Origin: Chiloscyllium plagiosum
Lineage: Eukaryota
Direction of reading: 5' to 3'
Length of the DNA: 64,000 nt
NCBI RefSeq assembly: GCF_004010195.1
Contig: NC_057737.1
Location: 18,624,930-18,688,929, forward strand
Shown here: one piece after another, positions 60,311-64,000 of the stretch
Numbering within the stretch: the stretch's first letter is position 1
Layout of the letters: each line of letters opens with the position of its first letter
Translations under genes and position numbers: made by a program
Notes under the pieces: generated by a model
Told to the model about the DNA's origin: nothing
The model's input: the letters and a program-made list of their open reading frames with translations, nothing else
The model's database searches: none

Positions 60311-60395
60311 ACTCACATCACTCATAACAATATGGGCATGATTTTAAATTTCAATGATTTAAAATCATCCCCATATTGTTATGAGTGAGATGAGT
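60311..60395. repeat. 85-bp inverted repeat (39-bp arms, 7-nt loop, 3 mismatches)
   Basis: TCACTCATAACAATATGGG...ATGATTTTAAAT / ATTTAAAATCAT...CCCATATTGTTATGAGTGA. Confidence 0.9.
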
Positions 60396-61439
60396 TATGG
60401 CAGGATTTTTACAGAGACGCAGATGTTTTCCTGACCATACAATGCTGTCTTGTATCGGGGAAGTAGTTATGAGCTGGAGATGAGTCTGCTACCTCCAAAT
60501 ACAAGCTTGAGCCAGCAATGGAGGCAGGGGGATGGAGAGACAAGCAGACCAGAAATCGTGCCTCTATTTGTTGGGAGCAACACCTAGATGCATTCATGTT
60601 TCCATGTCCTCCAGTCCTTCCCTTACACCCCTCATTTACCACCATACTTCTTTCCTATTCCTCTCATATCTCCCCTGCCCCATATCTCCCATTCTCTCTC
60701 CATTTTCCCACTTTTGTAAGTTTTTGTCTCCTCTGTGCTTCTTCTTTCTGCCACACTCCCTCTCTGCTTTCATGCTCTCCCCATGCCTACTCACCCAGTA
60801 ATCACGAGATACAAAACCATATGTTCTTGAAATGATCATGAAAAAATCCATTTAAAATTCCCTTTGAGAAACATTACCCTACTTAACTTTCCATGAAATA
60901 ATCAAACACAAGAAGTGAAAGTTCAACCAAGAAAACTTTCAATCAACCTCATACCTCTTAATTTTGTCCAAATAAATGCACAGGGATTGAAATAATTATT
61001 CAGATTACTTCAAAGAAATAAAGTTGTCTTTCACACAATGTGCAATCCCATTTAAGCTGTATAAACAGACCCCTACTGAGCTGAGTCCATTGACTGCTCT
61101 TGGAGCCCAGCCAAACATGGATAATGTTGAATCCTAATTTTATTTTTGTTCTTAACTTAAGACTAGGGGTTCCACCATGGTCCATAACTCTGCTGAGGTG
61201 CTGTGAAACTTTCATATTAAACTCAATGCAGGCAGTGGGGGATTTGAAAGGTATGGTCCTCCAATAGAGCTGGCAAGATAAAGTGTGCTGAGCATGGACT
61301 TCTGACCTACACCTGTATTCTGTGCTGATAAGAATTGCCAGATACTGGAACAAGGGTGGGAATCCATGATCGTGTCCTGTTTGCCATTTCCAAGCTGTTC
61401 TGACAGAGAGGCTTGAAAATCAGGCCCTGCTGTCCTAGA

Positions 61440-62110
61440 GGCTGGAAGGTTTGAAGAGGCCAGATAGGCTTGGAGCTTTATCCCCGGAGTGTAAGGGTGA
61501 CCTAATACAGATTTATAAAATCATGAGAGACATAGGTAAGGTGAATAGCCAAGGTCTTCTCCACAGGGTAGGGAAGTCCAAATTTAGAGAATATAGGTTT
61601 AAGGTGTAAGGGGAAAGATTTGAAAGGGATCTGAGGGGCAACGTTTTCACACAGAGGGTCGTGCGCATATGGAATGGGCTGCCAGAGAACTGGTCGAAGT
61701 AAGTACAATTACAACATTTAAAAGACATTTGGGCAGATATTTGGATAGGAAAGTTTTAGAGCCATATGAGCTGAAAATGTGTTGCTGGAAAAGCGCAGCA
61801 GGTCAGGCAGCATCCAAGGAGCAGGAGAATCGGTGTTTCGGGCATGAGCCCTTCTTCAGGAATGAGGAAAGTGTGCCAAGCAGGCTAAGATAAAAGGAGG
61901 GACTTGGGGGAGATGCTGCCTGACATGCTGCGCTTTTCCAGCAACACATTTTCAGCTCTGATCGCCAGCATCTGCAGTCCTCACTTTCTCTTAGAGGCAT
62001 ATGAGTCAAGCGGAGGCAAATGGAACTCGTTCAGATTAGGAAATTTGGTTGGTATTGACAAGTTAGGTCAAAGGGCCCTGTTTCTGCACTGTATGGCTCT
62101 ATGAGCGTAT
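61440..62110 (+). mobile_element. CR1 3' fragment with nested Penelope hairpin (61771-61990)
   Basis: TSD TTAGAG(C/G)CATATGAG at 61756-61770 and 61991-62005; minus-strand core CTGAAGAAGGGCTCATGCCCGAAAC. Confidence 0.85.
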
Positions 62111-63702
62111 GATTGTATAACAATTACTTTCCCACTAACCAATAATTAACATATTTACTCAAAGTATCTATCAACAACTGGAAACCTATGATATAACTTG
62201 GATCCTAACATGATTTTAACGATACCACAAAACGTCTCGTAAAAGCTAATGGAATTGGTCTAGTGGATCCTCAAGAAAATAAAGGTTCAATGTGGATAAT
62301 TGGATCATAGAGATCCACTTGTTATTGTATTGCTTTGATTGCACACAAATTATTGTCTGGACCCTTGATGACTGGACTATAGCCTATGTAAATGCAAAGA
62401 GCTAATTAATTAAGGTACAGTTCATCACTGACAATAAAAAAAGTACAGGTTTATGTAATGCTTCAAGGCAGCTACCACAAAGCTTTTAACATGTGACTCA
62501 ACTATTACTCTCTCTCCAATAATGTATGACTTTTTAAAGAACACGATATCATGTTTGGCTGATGGGGAAAAGGGATACCTACAATACGCATAGCTCTTGA
62601 TTTAAGATAAAGGATGGGATGTTTAGAGGGAATTTAAGGAAGAAATATTTCACTTAGACGATGGTGGGTAACTTGAACTCACTACCTGAAAGGGTGGTGG
62701 AGGCAAGAACCATTTCAACATTTAAGAGATATTTGAAGGGCAATAGCTTACAGATTTACTGTCCAAATACTGCAAAATGGGACTAGAGTACATAATGCTT
62801 GATGACCTGTGTGGACACTGGGCTAAAGGTCTTCTTTCCATGCTGTAAAACTCTGTGATTCTAGAGAGAGCAGCCTCAGAATCTATAATGATTAACAATT
62901 GAGTCTGTCAGAAGATAGCAGCTGACAGCTCATTTGAAACATTATCCAGCCTACAAAGTCTATAGACTGAGTCACTCCCCTGGGTCTATTTGAGGAACGT
63001 TAAGAGGCTACACTTCTTTAAGTCAGTTGTTACAGATCTCTACCCTCCTGCTATAAGTTCTGTTGGATCAAGAGGTCATGTTTTGCTCTTTATTAAAAAT
63101 CACTGCAGTTCTTAACCACATTGTAATTAATTAAAGCTGCCATGGGTCAGCCCTGCATATTGCAGCCAAAGTTCCGTAACCAAGTCACAACTGCTCTGTT
63201 GCCAAGGCTAACAAGTACATCACTTTCTTCACTAGGGTCAACAATAAACAGGAGACAGCTAGTGATTTTCAGAAGTAGCTAACTTCCTTCACATTCAGGA
63301 CATGATACACTGCATACATTTTTCCACTTGGGCTCCTGAAAACCAGAGATTGGCCTTAATAAATTCAAAGAACCAACATTTAATTAATATGTAGCTTATC
63401 TCAGACAATAAAAAGAGGATGCAAGTTTGTCAAATGCTTCAAGTAGCTATCACAATGCTTTTACCATGTGACTCAAATAAAAGCACCTCCCTCATAATAT
63501 CTGACTCTTCAAGGAACTTGTTACCAATTCTGGCAATTGGAGAAATGGGATAACCACGATGTAAAGAAACAGGATCATATTAAGCATCTTGCATTAAAGT
63601 TAAGAAATCTCAATATATCTGGGCATTCCTTACACTATAGTAGAGCCTCCATCCAACCTTGCTATCCAGAGAAGATGGATTTGGAAGAGAAACAGCAGTA
63701 AA

Positions 63703-64000
63703 AACAACTTTTGGATGTAGGTTTGCTCACTGAGCTGAAAGGTTCATTTCCAGATGTTTCATTACCTTACTAGGTAACATCTTCAGTGGACCTCATGCAA
63801 AGCAATGCTGAAAATTCCTGCTATTTATATGTTTAGGTTTCTTTAGGTTGGTGATGTCATTTCTTGTGGTGATGTTATTTCCTGTGGTGAACTCACTTCC
63901 TGTTCCTTTTCTCAGGTGGTGATAGATGGAGTCTAACTCGATGCGTTTGTTGATAGAGTTCTGGTTGAAATATCATGCTTCTAGGAATTCTCTTGTGTGT
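63703..64000 (-). mobile_element. Penelope-like element 3' end, distinct (Poseidon-type) family
   Basis: Minus frame REFLEA*YFNQNSINKRIELDSIYHHLRK (GIY-YIG C-terminus) followed by the hammerhead core CTGAAGATGTTACCTAGTAAGGTAATGAAACATC. Confidence 0.8.

Noticed and set aside
60409-60851. Cluster of overlapping 71-105 aa ORFs
   Set aside because: Low-complexity pyrimidine-rich sequence, no recognisable domain and no convincing splice context.

Overview
Vertebrate genomic DNA, AT-rich and repeat-dense, with one assembly gap (N, 1485-1961). The repeat content (HE1-type tRNA SINEs, HER1/CR1 LINEs, Penelope-like elements) points to a shark; a carpet/bamboo shark is my guess. Four spliced protein-coding genes were reconstructed by hand; all splice sites are GT-AG and the phases are consistent. 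(1) The 5' part of tmigd1 on the minus strand (signal-peptide exon 7996-8074, first Ig exon 491-769). (2) An uncharacterised 4-exon, 255-aa class I SAM-dependent methyltransferase-like gene on the plus strand (21855-27921); its GAGTG glycine loop is split by intron 1, so the ORF track largely misses it. (3) A complete betaA1-type crystallin on the minus strand (28443-32714, 194 aa), tail-to-tail with the methyltransferase gene. (4) A complete betaB1-like crystallin on the plus strand (44387-53171, 209 aa), head-to-head with the betaA gene. The rest is mostly mobile-element debris, including many short Penelope-derived hairpins that carry minimal hammerhead ribozyme cores, several with 10-15 bp target-site duplications. 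The most interesting items are the methyltransferase-like gene, its possible antisense overlap with the crystallin, and the ribozyme-bearing mini-elements. Gene names and repeat family names rest on recognition of recalled sequences; no database search was run, and repeat boundaries are approximate.
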